Shown: positions 1-13,440, numbered from the stretch's first letter. The stretch: 64,000 bases of DNA from Lama guanicoe (GCA_013239625.1 MU054220.1:8157367-8221366), one strand, 5' to 3'. The notes: generated by a model not told the origin, from the letters alone. Numbers and translations are program-made.

Positions 1-1502
1 ATGAATTATTATGACACACAACATATTCTCATTTTACCTTCGAATAGATATTACTTCACTCTTACTTCCTTAAAAATATCTATGATGTTTTTGAACTATT
101 TATTTATTTACTTACTTACTTATTTATTTTACTAATCTCTTTACAAATAAACACGTACGTATTCGTATTCTATGTATGTCTAAAATTGCAAAGTTTCTTT
201 AACCTTAGACAGGAGGATATAATGTAAAATAAAAGAAAATCCTAGCCTTGAAACAGCATTGTATTATGGTTCTTTTATCATATTTGGAAGCCTTTTTGGA
301 GAGTGACATCATGCATGCAAATTAAGTAGTGCATAAACAAAGAAATTTAGCTGTAGAATATTTAAATTGTATCAGCCAGAAGCTACAAATACTTCTTTAA
401 AGGACAGATTGTAGAGAAATCTACTGGAAACCAAAATTACTCTCTTCAAAAGAAGTCTTTTAGACACACAGCATATCTCTGCTTATTTTCCATACATTTT
501 GCATGACAGACTACTTGATGTCATTCAGCCCTGGGAAAGGTATTTTATGATCAAATGATGATTACTTTAGGGCGATGAGATTTGAAAGGTATGCAAATGT
601 GCTCTTTGATGGAAGAGCCATTTACCTATGAAAAGCAACATTACTAGACGACTGATACATTTAGAAGTAAATGGCAAACCCAGTGAACCTCACAGTATTT
701 GGCTGGTTCTTAATCAGCAGCACATCCAGAAACATCCAGTGCCAGGATCAGAAAATGATAATGTAGTTAAGCATTGGAAAAGTCCATACTTTTTCAATAT
801 TAGCTGAGAGCTAAACTGAGACTAAAAAAATACACAGTAAGACACACAGGGACAATTGTCTCAGAACATTCTCATAGACAGACTTCTGATCTTTGTTTTT
901 CATTTCTTCTCTGTTAGAAGATGCTTTTTGTTTGTTTTTGATGTTTACTTTGCTGGTTTTTGTTTGTGTATTTCTTTGTTGTCATTATTGCAGACTGAAC
1001 TTAGCTCTGCATGTGGGTTTATATGAGTGTTCTTATCCCAGGAAATCATCTCCCATGTACTGCAATTACAATCATTAGTTTATGTATTGGGAACAAATCC
1101 TTAAGTATTTTTGGTTCATGATCAGTTCATAAGAAGTAGGGGATTTTCTAGAAATTTAAAGATTTCTTCATCTTTTTTCCACTTGCATTATCACTGTAAG
1201 AGCCGCCTCTCCCAACACCACCATCTCCGGTTAATGGTGCTCCTTTGGTTGGAAGGCTAACAGTAAAGATATTTCTCTTTTTCCACCACAACTTCCTTTC
1301 TTCCTCACTGTTCTGAGTTAGAAGAAATTAAATGAACATATACCAGAGATAAAATGCTGGATTTGTCCATAATATTAAATACTTTCCACGTAAGATTCTA
1401 CGAATTCCCTGTAGACCCCTCATTACAGAACCATGGCCCATGCCTTGATATTTACAATAAGAAAGCTATGGAGAAGTTACATAGCATCAAGTTATGTGAT
1501 GC

Positions 1503-2363
1503 TGTTAGCAGGCAGCGAGCCCCCTAAGTTAGAAGGCCCACCCAAAGTGTGAGTTGGTGCCACCAGCTGTGAAAGAATTCACAGCAGAGGCAGAGGGGTC
1601 ACGTGAAAAGGCTGCTTTATTGCTCAAGGGCAGGGAAACGGCAGGAAAGCACTCAGCAGGGAGAAGGAAGGAGAAGCACGCTAGCGGGGAGCCATCAGCC
1701 GAGATGGCGGTTGAGACAGCTCCAACCCCGGGTCGGGCCATGTTGACTTTTAATGGGAGGCTCCCGCCATCATGTCCTCCTTTTGTGTGTGTTGGAACCA
1801 GTCAGTCCTTTTACAGGCTTTTCGGTCCTTGTAAAGGCTTTTCTAGTTATCATGGCAGCTGTCAACTGTCATGGCACTGGTGGGTGTGTCATTCAGCATG
1901 CTAATACATCACAGTGAGCATGTGATGAAGCCCAGAGTCCACTGGAAGTTGGATTCTCTGCCATCTTGGGCTTAGCTGGTTCTAACCAGCTCTTGTTTCT
2001 TCTCTTTGCGGCTGCCTCCCAAGACTCAAAAAAGAGTAACTGTTTTCTGTTGGAGGGAGGGTCAGGGGTGTGATCCTGGGGGCAACAGCCTAGGTAACAG
2101 TTGGCAAGATTAATGAAAGGCAAGCTCGGGAAGAAATATGGTCACTATGCAGTTAGGTTTTTCCCTCTGATGTCGGTTGTCATATCTGTAAAACAACTCA
2201 GGAATGTGCATCTGACACTGAGTCTGTGACATTTGTCCTGACCATCAGCTGCTTGAGCCTGCTCTTTTATGACTCTCGGAGGCCTGGGAGACTTCAGCTT
2301 TTCTGTAAACAAGAGGCAGGGATTGGAGGTGGGGAGTGCCCTGCAGGGTCCTACTCCATATCA
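1503..2363 (-). mobile_element. ERV1-class solo LTR, 861 bp, with perfect 4-bp TSD
   Basis: Begins TGTTAG and ends TATCA (TG...CA). Flanked by ATGC at 1499-1502 and 2364-2367. AATAAA on the minus strand (tttatt ~1616). Shares motifs with the LTR at 23016. Confidence 0.9.
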
Positions 2364-2654
2364 ATGCCTCAACGCATTAATTTCCTTTTTTTTTTTGGTC
2401 CATTAAAAAAAAGTGACTCAAAATCACATTAGAGTATCTCCTGATTTGTTAACCTCTCATTTCTGCCAGGGAAAACCCAAAAATCAAACAAATCAAATGC
2501 AGTGAAAAAGCTTACTTTTGTCAAAGTAAAATCTGAAGGTCCCTGCCACTTTTTACCTTCTTGTACTGTTACAGAACCACATTCAAGAGAAGCAGTCTTC
2601 ATGAGCTGTTCCCACCCATTAGTAAGCAGATGAGATCTGATGGGGTAAGAAAAC

Positions 2655-2855
2655 ATGGTTCACTGGAAAGAACATTAACTTTAGAGTTAGATATTATGTG
2701 AAAACACTGGAGTAATTATTTGACTTCCAGAAGCCTCTGTAACTTCATCCTTAAAATTAGAATCACTAAAATTAGTACCCAGGGTTTCTGTGAGAATGAA
2801 ATACAGAGCATGTACCAAATCTCCAGGCAGAAGGGCTGGTTCAGTTAATGTTATC
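2655..2855 (+). mobile_element. MIR SINE (degenerate)
   Basis: ggaaagaacattaactttagagttaga ... aagcctctgtaacttcatccttaaaattagaat ... gtttctgtgagaatgaaat resembles the MIR core. Confidence 0.65.
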
Positions 2856-3334
2856 ACGGCCCAGGGTCATCACTCAAGTCCATTTGAAGATTTCTGTGCA
2901 ATCCCAAAGAGGCCAGGCCATCAAAAAATGCAGGCATTTATTTATTTATTTTTTTTACTGTCTCAGTATCTTTTCTTATGGTTTCTTTGTTTACTGAAAT
3001 TCTTACTGGATCCGTAGTACAGTTAAGCTAATCTAGATTTAACTTCTGCTCTCAAACATCTATGTGGAGGAATACATAGAATTTAATGGCTATTTGCTTC
3101 ATTGTGCAAGTTTCTAGCTTCAACTGTCAAGATAGTCCTTGTCAGCTCTAAGACCTTTCCCTGCCTGAAAGAAAAATATGATACACTGATGACATTGAGA
3201 TACTGTTATTCTGAGACAAGAATTCACTCTTCCGAATTACACCTGTATGATCACCTAAGCGAAGCGTATTCTAGAGCCATGTTGCTTACTTTTTCTTATT
3301 TGATTCTAAACTGGGCAACAGGAAAAACAATATT

Positions 3335-3500
3335 GCCTTGTCGAAAGATCACAGGCTTTGAAATCAAATTGGTCTATGGTCCATCGCTCCACCGCTTGAT
3401 GATGATATAACTCTGCTCATGGCTTCTAGTGGCTCTGAACCTAATTCTCTCTTTGTATTGTAAGTTTTATAATACCTGCTTGCCATGATGAAAACGTGCC
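3335..3500 (+). mobile_element. MIR SINE (degenerate)
   Basis: gaaagatcacaggctttgaaatcaaa ... ctctgaacctaattctctctttgt ... ataatacctgct. Confidence 0.6.
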
Positions 3501-3699
3501 TATGCAAGAACGGCTTTTGCTTCGGAGATTCAAGCCTTCCAGACTCCTGCTCCTAGCCTGGCAGGCAGCAAAACTGCACATCCTGGGCGAGATACATAAT
3601 GATTCTGTATGTGCACCTTCAATGATAATTGTGCACCACGAATGGTCCTGTAGGTGAGACGCAGCAGGCTGTAGTGAAAGCTCCCTGCTCCACATTCCC

Positions 3700-4180
3700 T
3701 TTTATTTTTTTCCTTTTTTCTTTTTCTTTTTTCTTTGTTTACAAGCTTTATTGTATTTTAAAGACAGATGAGTCTTTTGCATTTAAAAAAAATCACAGAA
3801 AATTATAAATGAGAGCGGAAAATTATCCAAAACCTCACCATAAGAAAAGAGAACTAAGTTACATATCAGTGTAAACGCATAAAATACGTGCTTTTCTGTC
3901 TGTGTGAACTGTGAACATGTTCTACTCTACTATATGCTGTAGGAAAAAAAAATACCATGATTCTATGTCAGGAAATAGATATGCATATTATATCTTTAAT
4001 GGTTGCATTGTTTTATTTTGTATGAATTCACTTTAAAATGTTTAATGAGTTCTCTACTAAAAGATACCCATAAAATAAAGCTGGGAGAAGTTACTGCGTA
4101 GGTCAGCCAGCTGATGAGCATTGAAATGTGAAAAATAAGCCAGGTCTTCCTGCTTCCACAGCCCATCTGCCCCGACTGCA
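3700..4180 (-). mobile_element. Ancient L1 (L1ME-like) 3' fragment followed by a MIR fragment
   Basis: T-rich tail and tttaatggttgcattgttttatt are L1ME 3'-UTR-like. 4075-4180 resembles reverse-strand MIR (gagaagttactgcgtaggtcagccagctga...ccaggtcttcctgcttcc). Confidence 0.45.
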
Positions 4181-5872
4181 GAGTATCAGTTTGCTTTTCT
4201 CACACAGCATTTCCTGTTATTTGAATGCATGTCATTGGCCTAGACAAAATAATTCTAGGTTCTAAAAACAAGGTTAATGTTGTGGGTTAAATAGCCCGCT
4301 CATTTTTTTTGCCTTCTCACTCATTTAAAAGAAGGTTCTCACCAATATGTGTGTAACTCCTTGTGCTTAAAATGTGAAGACATTAAATAAAGACCCCTTG
4401 TTCTACATCATTTTGAAAGTTAACATGGAAAATTCCACCATAAAAAATGCCTTCAGCTGCGTTAGTTGAAGCATTAGCCCTGGGCTTAGTCTGCAAGGAA
4501 CTGAAATGAGCAGTGAGAGCAATGAAACAATGCTCACCAGTTGCCTGGCGCTGTGCAGCCCAGTCAGAAAGCACATGTCACGCTGTGACACCCACTGGGC
4601 CTGATCGTTCCCTTTTATGTACGGAGGACACAAGCTGTGCGGCCTGTGGGAGCACTGACTGCTCAGAAAACCGCCTCTCCCCTCTCCTCCCACTCTGCGC
4701 CCACCACAGGAATTCTCCCATCAAGCTTCCCTTTTGAGGAGAGAGAATAGAATCTTTGGTAATTGATAGTCCCTGTTCTGGCGTGGGGTGGAGAGAAAGC
4801 CTGCAGTTGTCACTCGTCTGCTCCAATTGAAGGGGCTCTCATTGCCCGGGAATAAAATCTGTAACCTGGCCGGAGGCCCTCAGAGGTGCAGCCCAGCCTT
4901 GCTCTCATCCCTGCTTCTCTGTGACCCTTCAACCAGGCCTGTCTGTTCATTGTTTCCCAGAAGCAAATCCTACCACCTCACCTTTCTTAACAGTACCAAA
5001 AATACCTTCACAACTCTTCTGCCTGCATGAATTTAATTTTTTTTTCGCACAGTCCAGTTGTACACCACTGCTCCCTAGAGCCTTCCAGACTACCTTAGGT
5101 TTTGTTGATATCTCATTTATTAAATTAGTAGCACTTATTTTCTCTCAAACATATCTTTCTATAGCCAGTTTTATTTTTTTTGACTACATGTTGTGTTTCT
5201 CTGCCAGTAAAAGAATTGTCTTTTAGTCTGTCTCCAGCCGCTTAAATCCTGATGTATCTTCTCTTAAGTGTTCAGATATACCAGTTGATTAGTTATCTTG
5301 GACCTGAGAGCTTCACTCTTTATGAGAAACCCTTTCATATTACCATGAATTAGAAAAGAACCTTTTCCCTTCCATATTCACAAAGAGAACCATCTTCAGT
5401 TTCATCACTGTATAAAATCCTTCTTTATATTACACCAGTGTCAGCTCATCCGAGACTATTGGACACCAGTTAGCACCTCTCAATGCGGGTTGTACCTGTA
5501 ACACTCATAAAGATAGCCTCAGATAAGAAGAGGGGGTAGTTTCAAGGTATTTAGTAACAACAGAGGACAGGATTTCCTCAAAAGACCTCTCAGGCTCCTT
5601 TTTACCAAAGAGGACTGGGAGAGAAACTAGATTGCTTAGTATGGAAGTGAAATGTTGAACTTTTAAACAGTGATGCTGGTTTAATACCAGGAATATTTAA
5701 AGAGGCCTTTAGCTATTTTGCTGTTCTCATATTATAGGCAAATAGTCATAGTTTATCTTCTTCCGTGCTGCTTTAGGGTCTTCTAAGCCAATCTCAGTAG
5801 GTAAATATCAATTGTTCAGGCACGGAAGTCCATAAAAACCAGAGTTCCAGAAAAAGCTCTATGTTTTGCGTA

Positions 5873-6137
5873 CAGTAATGTGCTGGTAAGTGTTTTACAA
5901 GCCCCGTGCAACAAAAATGGAAGTGTGAATCCCAACAATATGATATTTCAGTTACTCTCTGGGGCACTTAATAATATTAGCAATATGTTTCAATCAAGCT
6001 CACACTGTATTTATTAAGGAACTTTATGTCGTTTTCTTTTTCAATTTGAAGTCAATCCGTGGCTGAAAAAGAAACTCCAAGTAAATGTGTGGCATCAATC
6101 CTTTTACACCAGCCGATGTTTACAATAGCACACCATG
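5873..6137. mobile_element. MER63-like hAT (Blackjack) non-autonomous DNA transposon
   Basis: Imperfect terminal inverted repeats cagtaatgtgctggtaag ... tagcacaccatg match the recalled MER63 termini (cagtggtgtgctgg / ccagcacaccactg). Confidence 0.55.
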
Positions 6138-6599
6138 GGACATTACTTCCAGAATGACTTGAGAGCCAAGCCATGAATTTAAAGGGCTACATGAGCTCCC
6201 ATTATCAGTTTCCAGCAACTCAGACGATTCTAGAGGATATAAACTGTGTCAACTGTACATCATAAGATGGCCTCAGATCCGTTTATCTTGTTAATTGCCA
6301 CTCAGCTACAGTTCTCTCACTAAGCCTTCGAAGGTGAGGAAGCAAGTTTAGATCAGTTCAATTTTAATGACACTCAAGATTTCCTCACCCAAATGGATGT
6401 ACCTTTTACCCATTTGCTAAAGGAAGAAAGTCTGCTTTTCCTTTATCAACAGATTATCAGGCTGGAATTGATAATAACTATGAGGTGTTCAATAATCTAG
6501 GAACCAACACATCTATAGTGTTTATTTTAAATCGAGCTTTTTGGACCGTTTTAGATGTGGTTGTTCTGTGCAGACATCATCCCTTTTGTGTAAGGCTGA

Positions 6600-7073
6600 T
6601 GTAACAGACAATGGGGAGACTCCACCCAGGTCCCCTAGGGTCCCCCGTCTTTCTGTAGGCCCTTCTCAGAGCTTCTGTTAATGGTCCACGCCTGAGACTC
6701 TGTCCCTCTGAGTTCCCCTCAGGCTACGAGAGCCACTTTGCCCTGCAAGCATAGAGAGGCTACATCCTTTAAGTGCAGATTTTAGCCCAAGAAACAAAGA
6801 CTGACATGTTGGATGTGAGAGCATAAGCCCCTGGCCTCAAGGCATGGCGACTCCAGAAGCCCAGCCTGCCCTCTGGAGTTCTGCAGCGACGTCCACTGAA
6901 AGGGCCTTCCTGGTGCTTCGTGGCGAACAGCAGCCTTACCTGACTTCCTGCGTTTCCTTAGCATGCTTCTCCTTTTACCTCTTTATCTTTGGGCTTCTTC
7001 CTAAATAATCCCTTGAATACAAATGCTCGCTTTGAGTTTTGGCTCTGGGGAAGTGAAAGCAGCTTGTCTTACA
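6600..7073 (+). mobile_element. ERVL-class solo LTR (LTR16/LTR33-like)
   Basis: Starts TGTA. The 3' end cctaaataatcccttgaatacaaatgctcgctttgagttttggctctggggaa...cttaca resembles the LTR16-type U5. Confidence 0.6.
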
Positions 7074-7189
7074 CATGGAGGATTGGGTACTAAGTACAAC
7101 TCTTGGTCTACCAGTAAAGAATGGTACAAAAAATAATTTACTTTTATTTGTGACTACTCCTTTGCAGTAATAATTTTTGTTAGTGTCCC

Positions 7190-7310
7190 TTTTAGGAAGA
7201 GCCAGGGCTTAGGAGTCAAAACAAGGTTCAGAGTCAACCTGGGCTACTCACTAGCTGTGCGGCACTGGGAAGGTGAATGAGCCTTGTTTCCTCAACTCTT
7301 GGATTAAATC
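7190..7310 (+). mobile_element. MIR SINE
   Basis: ggaagagccagggcttaggagtcaaaac ... ctactcactagctgtgcggcactgggaaggtg ... gagccttgtttcctca. Confidence 0.7.
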
Positions 7311-7959
7311 CCTAGAGGGATGTATTTAACATTAACTTACTGTGTCTAGTGCTTTGTTATAGAATTTCCATTATCAGATAGTTTCCACCCCCTCAAGCTA
7401 CCCTTCTACTTGTTTGAAAATGTTTAATCTGGCAAAAGTACGAAGTACTCAATTCAACAACAGTAGGAAAATCAGTTAATTTATTCCATGTAGGTTAGAC
7501 CATGGCATCCTGACTACGGATCTTTCAAGGAAAAACAAGGGATACTAAAAGGGTAGGAGAGAGAAAGACATAGCGTTCAGCGGCATCGTGATTCTGAGCA
7601 TTTCCTGATAGATAATAAACCTTCCCTCTAATGTGGAAAGCCAATACTACTTTCTGTCTTTCCTTCCCAATTGTGCAAGTATCACCACATTTAACTAAAA
7701 ATGCCCTTATCGAAGCAAAGTTTTAAGAAAACTTCAAATATTAAGAGGAGAGGAGAGTGTGAGAAGTCTACCGAGGAAATCAAAGTCACTTGCTATTTCA
7801 TTTATTATAAAGACAGTAAAACTGCTTAGTGGGTTTGTCCAGGAGGTACGGCTCTTTTGAAAAAGTTATCTCTGAATTCTGAGAGGGCAACCTGATGTAA
7901 ATTTCTTACCTCATCCTCACTTTCACTGAAAATTATCCACTTTGTATGTGAGTTTTGTT

Positions 7960-8656
7960 AATGGAGGCAACCATTTAAAAACTGGACTAAGATGAAGCGC
8001 TAACAGAAGAAAGCACACCAAAACCACCGCAGAGAAATAGAGTTAGAGCAACTCAACTCCAAAGGGAGCCATTGCTCTGAACTACTGTTTGTGGGAACTA
8101 ATAAATTTCCATATTTTAAAAGCCAATTTAAGTAAGTCAAGAGTTTCCTAGTGCTTTGGTAACAAATTACAACTAACTGGGTGAATTAAAATGCAGAAAT
8201 GTATTCTCTTGCCGTTCTGTTAGCCAGAAGTCTGAAATGGATGTATCCACAAGGCTTTTTGCCTCTGGAGGTTCTGAGGGAGAATCTGTTCTTGCCTGTC
8301 TCCTAGCTTCTGGCGGCTTCCTGCAATTCTCGTCCTTCATTGGCATGTAGACACATCACTCCAATCTCTAACTCGGTCTTCTCATGACTTTCCTTTTGTA
8401 TACTTCCGCGTCTTAAATCTCTCTCTCTTCTTTCTTGTGAAAACAACAGTCGTTAGCTTTAGGGCTGACCCTAAATCCAGAGTGATCTCATCCTGAGATC
8501 TTTTATTCAAATCTGCAAAGACTTTATTTCTAAATAAAGTCATATTCACAGGAACCAGGGGACAGGACTTGGACGTATTTCTTTTGGCGGGACACAGTTC
8601 AGCGCACTGCAGCTGAATTTTTGTTTCTTACAGACACAACCATTCTTACTGATAAC
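7960..8656 (+). mobile_element. Old MaLR LTR (MLT1J/K-like) 3' part, split by a younger MLT1C
   Basis: aataaatttccatattttaaaagccaatttaagt (to ~8134) resumes after the insert as gctgaatttttgtttcttacagacacaaccattcttactgataaca (8612-8657). Confidence 0.6.
8136..8611 (-). mobile_element. MLT1C-like MaLR LTR
   Basis: gtttcctagtgctttggtaacaaattac ... gggagaatctgttcttgcctgtctcctagcttctgg ... atctgcaaagactttatttctaaataaagtcatattcacagg ... gacacagttcagcgcactgca. Confidence 0.85.
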
Positions 8657-9809
8657 AGACTCCAATTTAACTCAAATAAATAATTCTCTTATTCTGTGGC
8701 ATAATTCTAGGATCCCAGTCTTACAAGATGGTTGAATTCTACACTACAAAATTTGAAAGGACTTTAAAGATCATCTCATCTAATGTTTCTTTTATAATAA
8801 AAATTGCTTTGTAAAGTTCTTAAACAGTGGTTTTTCTGATACTTTTATAAAATTGCTTCCAAATATATATATTTGACCTAAAGCTTATCTTGATTTGAAG
8901 ATCCCAAATTGTGCAGCTTACATAGATGAAAAAGGAACCTAAAAGTGTATATGATATTAAGAGTAATCTCTAAATGTGTGTGCTGTATTAACAAATGAAA
9001 GAAGAAATGTCTGCTTTGGGTAAATTATAGAAGTTCTTCATGGTTTACACTATGAGAGTTTACTATTAAGACTTGAGGAATATGCTAGTTACTACTGCTA
9101 TTCAAATGGGTAGGTTAAAATGAATTTTGTGGACTTTAAATGGAAAATAAAACTTAAATGCTTATACCTTCTAACACACAGTGAAATAAGTGAGACACAT
9201 AAAACATCCAGAAATAAGACATATAGGATAAATGTCATGAATTTGAAATTATGTTTCTGATTTTAGGAACATTTTACATGATTATTCAATAAACACCCAG
9301 TGACAGCAGTTCATATTTCCTGTCATTTCCCTTCAGAAATAACAAAAACAGCAAGAAACTTGCAAGGCTCTCAAAAGAGGGAAAATCAGATTTCTCAGAA
9401 ATAATAACATGGAGTTAAACTTCTGACAGCATCTTTTAAAATAGTGCTGGGGCAGTCGGATGCATAGATAAGGAGGGTTAGTGTGAACTACGTGAAGTGA
9501 GTCTCAGGATGCAACACTGTATCCCTCTGACTCTGGAGATGGAGACACGAAGCAAAACTCACATCTAACAATGGTCAACTTGCTCACTCAGCCTGACGCC
9601 GTCCCCAAAGTTGAAACCATCTCAGAACAGATGATGAGAAGTATGACTAGAAGAAATACCAACAAATATGTTAAGAAAATTTGACATAGTGTATCATTCA
9701 TGGAGGATTTGGATTCATGTCCTGCCCTCACCTTTTCCAAGTCAGTGATTGAATTACTAAGTTAATTATTTTTCCATAATAAAATTAAAATCAGGACTTA
9801 TTTTGAAAA

Positions 9810-10513
9810 ACACTAGACTCCCCACTGCACTCCTATTAGAATGGGCAAAATCAGAACCACTGACAAGCAAATATGGGCATGGGTGTGGAGCAACGGGAAC
9901 TCACTGCTGATGGGAATGCAAAATGGTATAGACACTTTGAAAGACAGCTTGTCAGTTGCAAGCCTGGATGTCCTTTGACCGTGTGATCCAGCATTCATAC
10001 TCCTTGATATTTACCCAAATGATGCAAAAATAGATGGCCACACAAAAATCTGCTTAGTGGGGATTATGGCAGCTTTATTCATAATTGCCAAAGGTTGGAA
10101 ACAGCCAAGATTTCCTTCAGTAGGTAAATGGATAAATAAACTGTAATACATCCAGGCAATGGAATACTATTCAGCACCACAAAAGAATGGAGCTATTAAG
10201 CTGTGAAAAGACTTGAGGAAACTTAAATGAATATTACTAAGTGAAAGAAGCCAATGTGGGAAGGAACACACCGTATCATTTTAACGGTGTGACATTCTGG
10301 AAAAGACAAAACTATGAAGACAGTAAAAACAATGATTCAAGGATTAAGATGGAGGGAGGTATGAACAGATGGATCACAGATGACTTTTAGGGCAGTGAAA
10401 ATACTGTGTATAATGGATACCTGTCATTATACGTCATACAACAGAAACCAAGAGTGAACCCTAATGTAAACTACGAAATTTGATAATAATGATCTGTCAG
10501 TGTAGGTTCACAG

Positions 10514-10556
<43 letters not shown>

Positions 10557-10712
10557 ACCACTCTGGTTCAAGATATTGATAGTGCGAGAGGCTGTGTGTG
10601 TGGTGGGGAGGGCAAGGAAGACAGAGAACAGATGGAAACTTTCTGTGCTTTCCACTCAGTTTTGTTGTGAACCTAAAACTGCAGTAAAAAAATAAAGCAT
10701 ATTAAAAAGAAA
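9810..10712 (+). mobile_element. L1MC-type LINE-1 3' end (ORF2 terminus plus 3' UTR), with an internal 36-nt poly(A)
   Basis: gggaatgcaaaatggtatagacactttgaaagacag; atggataaataaactgtaatacatccaggcaatggaatactattcagc; gtgaacctaaaactgc...aataaag. Confidence 0.9.
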
Positions 10713-10884
10713 ACACTGGAATCTATAAAAAAAACTTTAAAAACAGTATCATAGGTAATTCTTAAAAAAAATTTAAAAAACACTTTGCTGCAATTTTCAG
10801 CTTGTCTGTACATAGTGTTTTACTTGCTTAATGAATACTATATATTACTATTATTAAGTAATATTGAATGTCATTAAATGATAA

Positions 10885-13440
10885 TATTATTCAGTCATTA
10901 ATTCTATAAGTATTTATTGTGTACCTTTTATGGCCCAGATACTATTCTAGGCAATCAGAATACAATTATAGACTTGGAGGAAAAGTTCTGTTTTCATGAA
11001 AGTTTAATTTTAATGGAAAGAAAAGATAATACCCTAAAGTACAGGTCCATAAATATTGTATTTTCATTTGCTGATCAGTGCGGTGAAAAAAATAATGGTA
11101 ATTAGTGTGGGGTTAACACACATTAAAAAGAAGACTCTTAATTCTTCCCAGTGAAAATAAGGAAGGAGAAATCTGTATCCCTCACTCGCTGTTTTTACGT
11201 TCGCGGATTCGTAATTTGCTTTAGAAAACTGGTAATTTTAAGTTCTTTGCTGTCTATTTGAAATATGCAGATCTTTTTAAAATCAAAATAAGTATTTGAC
11301 TTTAGAACCTGGGGATGTCTTTCTCAAAGACACTCAAAGCATCTCTTTGAAAAGTAATCACCAAAAAAAGTGCCCCTATCTTCTGGTTTCCGTGGGAAGG
11401 TCGAAGCCCAACTTCAGTGGGCAGCATCCTTCAAGTTGCTCAACTACCAGTTGTAAATATAAGAGAAGTTCATTTTCCCTTTGGGTAAAGCCAGTTGGCC
11501 CATCAACGATGGCGGTTTTCCCAATTACCAAGTCCAAGTGCATTTAAGATGAACTATACATGGCAAATGATGTTGTCAAGTCCTCTTACTTGAGCACTAT
11601 TGTTTTCTCCGGAGGGCACGTCCGTGATGGGCTGTATCTGCCTGACTGTATGAAAGGACGAGCTTGCTTTCTGTCTTTGAAACTTACTAGGAGATTGCCT
11701 GGGATGTGCATCAGGATTCCGGTTTAGTGTTTATTTAACAATAAATTTGTCTGCTTTCTCTTCTTCCTTTGTGGGTTTTCTGGGTTGGGAGGATATTTGG
11801 TTTTTAATTATGTTTGCCCAACATGGGAGCGAAAATTATGTAACAGGATGTTTACGGGGCTGTGAATTTAGAGAGAATGGTCAGCAAAATTCTCTCTAGG
11901 GAGACAGTATTGAAGTATAGATCTGAAAGTTAAGAAGGAACCAGCCATAAAAAAAAAAAAATCTATGGAGAAGGTTCCAAGTAGTGAGACTAGCCAGTGT
12001 AGTGTAATAGCTCTAAGACGGAGATGACTCTGGCTTGTTTTAATAATAGAAAACAGAATATAGGCCAGTGAATGTGAACCATAGGCAATGATAGAAAACG
12101 TCACGGCAGATGAGACCAGAAAGATAAACTGTGGCCAGGGCATGTAGGGTTTGCAGTCGTTAAAAAGAGTTTTTTAAAAAGTTCTAAGTGAAATTGCATG
12201 TGTTGTAATCTGGCTCATGTCCTTGAAAATATGACTATGTCTGTTTTGAGTGGGCTATGAAGGGTAAATAAACTGTATAGCAAGAGGCCAATGGAGAGTC
12301 AGTTCTGTTTTTCCAGGCAGAAAACAGGACGAGAATGACAGCCGTGGATGCTTTGAGAATTGGTTGAGTTCAGAATAAGTTTTGGAGGTAGATACTCCAT
12401 TTAGAAATGAGGACTAAGAAAAAGAGAGAAATCTAGAAGAACTTCTGGGTCCTTGGCCCCTGTGATCTAGATAAATGACGACGCCCTGTAAAATGCGGTA
12501 GACTGAGGACGACAAATTTTAAGGAGGGAAGAATTCTATTCCAGCCACACAGGGTTTGAGACATCCCTTAGGTATTCAGATAGATACATCAGGTGCGAGT
12601 CTGGAGCTCAGAGATAAATTTTGGGAAATCAGTATTTCAGACTATATGTTAAACCAGGGATCTGAATGTCCTGTAAGATAGAGTAGAGTTAATGAAAAAA
12701 AAAAAGTTGGATGCAAACTGTATTCAGAGGCACATGGGCATTTGGAAGACTGAAAAAAAAGGAGAACACAAGGAAGAGGAATGAAGAAGACCCATTAGCA
12801 TGGGAAGTAAGCCCACACCAAATAAATAACTTTGGTTTAAAAGGAAGCTGTCAGTGGTGTCAGGGGCTGTTATGAGTTCCAGTGTGATAAGGACAGATAT
12901 TTGCCTTTTTTTTTTATCTTGAAAGGCTAGTCAGTGGTGACATTGATGAGATCGATTTCAGTGGAATGATGAGGAAGAAAATCTAAGTCCTGTGGAACGA
13001 GGAGGTGAGGAAAAGGAGACTGCATATAGGCAGCTCTTCCGGTAGCTTGTGGTAAACATAACTACAAAAAAGAGGGCTTTGCTACCTGTTCGTTCATAGG
13101 ATGATAGAAATTATTCAGTAGGGAGGATAAAAGCCATTACAAAAAAAACCCCCAAAAAACAGAAGCAGCTAATACAGCAAAATCCTGGAGGAGGCTGAAG
13201 GCTGAAGCAGAGAGAATTCAGGACACAGTGGGAACCTTGGATTCTGGCTGCAGTAAAGGCTGTTTCACCATTATATCAGGAAGGGGTCTATGGGTACAGT
13301 TTTAGGTAATTTCTTGATTCATGTGACTCATATGAAACATAAATATGTAGGCCAGGCTTAAAGGAAAAAGAGACAGGTTTATAATTGTCTCAGGATAAGA
13401 ACATGTTTTTCTGTGTGTGTGGAGGCAGGTGAGTGTCCCC
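10885..13440 (-). mobile_element. L2 LINE (long 3' portion), interrupted by an LTR at 11106-11823
   Basis: L2 tail attcagtcattaattctataagtatttattgtgtacc...actattctaggc. It resumes at ~11830 with purine-rich reverse-strand L2 sequence (ggtcagcaaaattctctctagggagacagtattgaag...). Confidence 0.8.
11106..11823 (+). mobile_element. ERV1 solo LTR, MER34-like, nested in L2
   Basis: TGTGGGG start. AATAAA at ~11740. End ttttctgggttgggaggatatttggtttttaattatgtttgcccaaca matches the recalled MER34-family U5. Confidence 0.75.

Noticed and set aside
1529..2123. Overlapping ORFs of 70-116 aa
   Set aside because: All lie inside the ERV1 solo LTR and show no gag, pol or env similarity.
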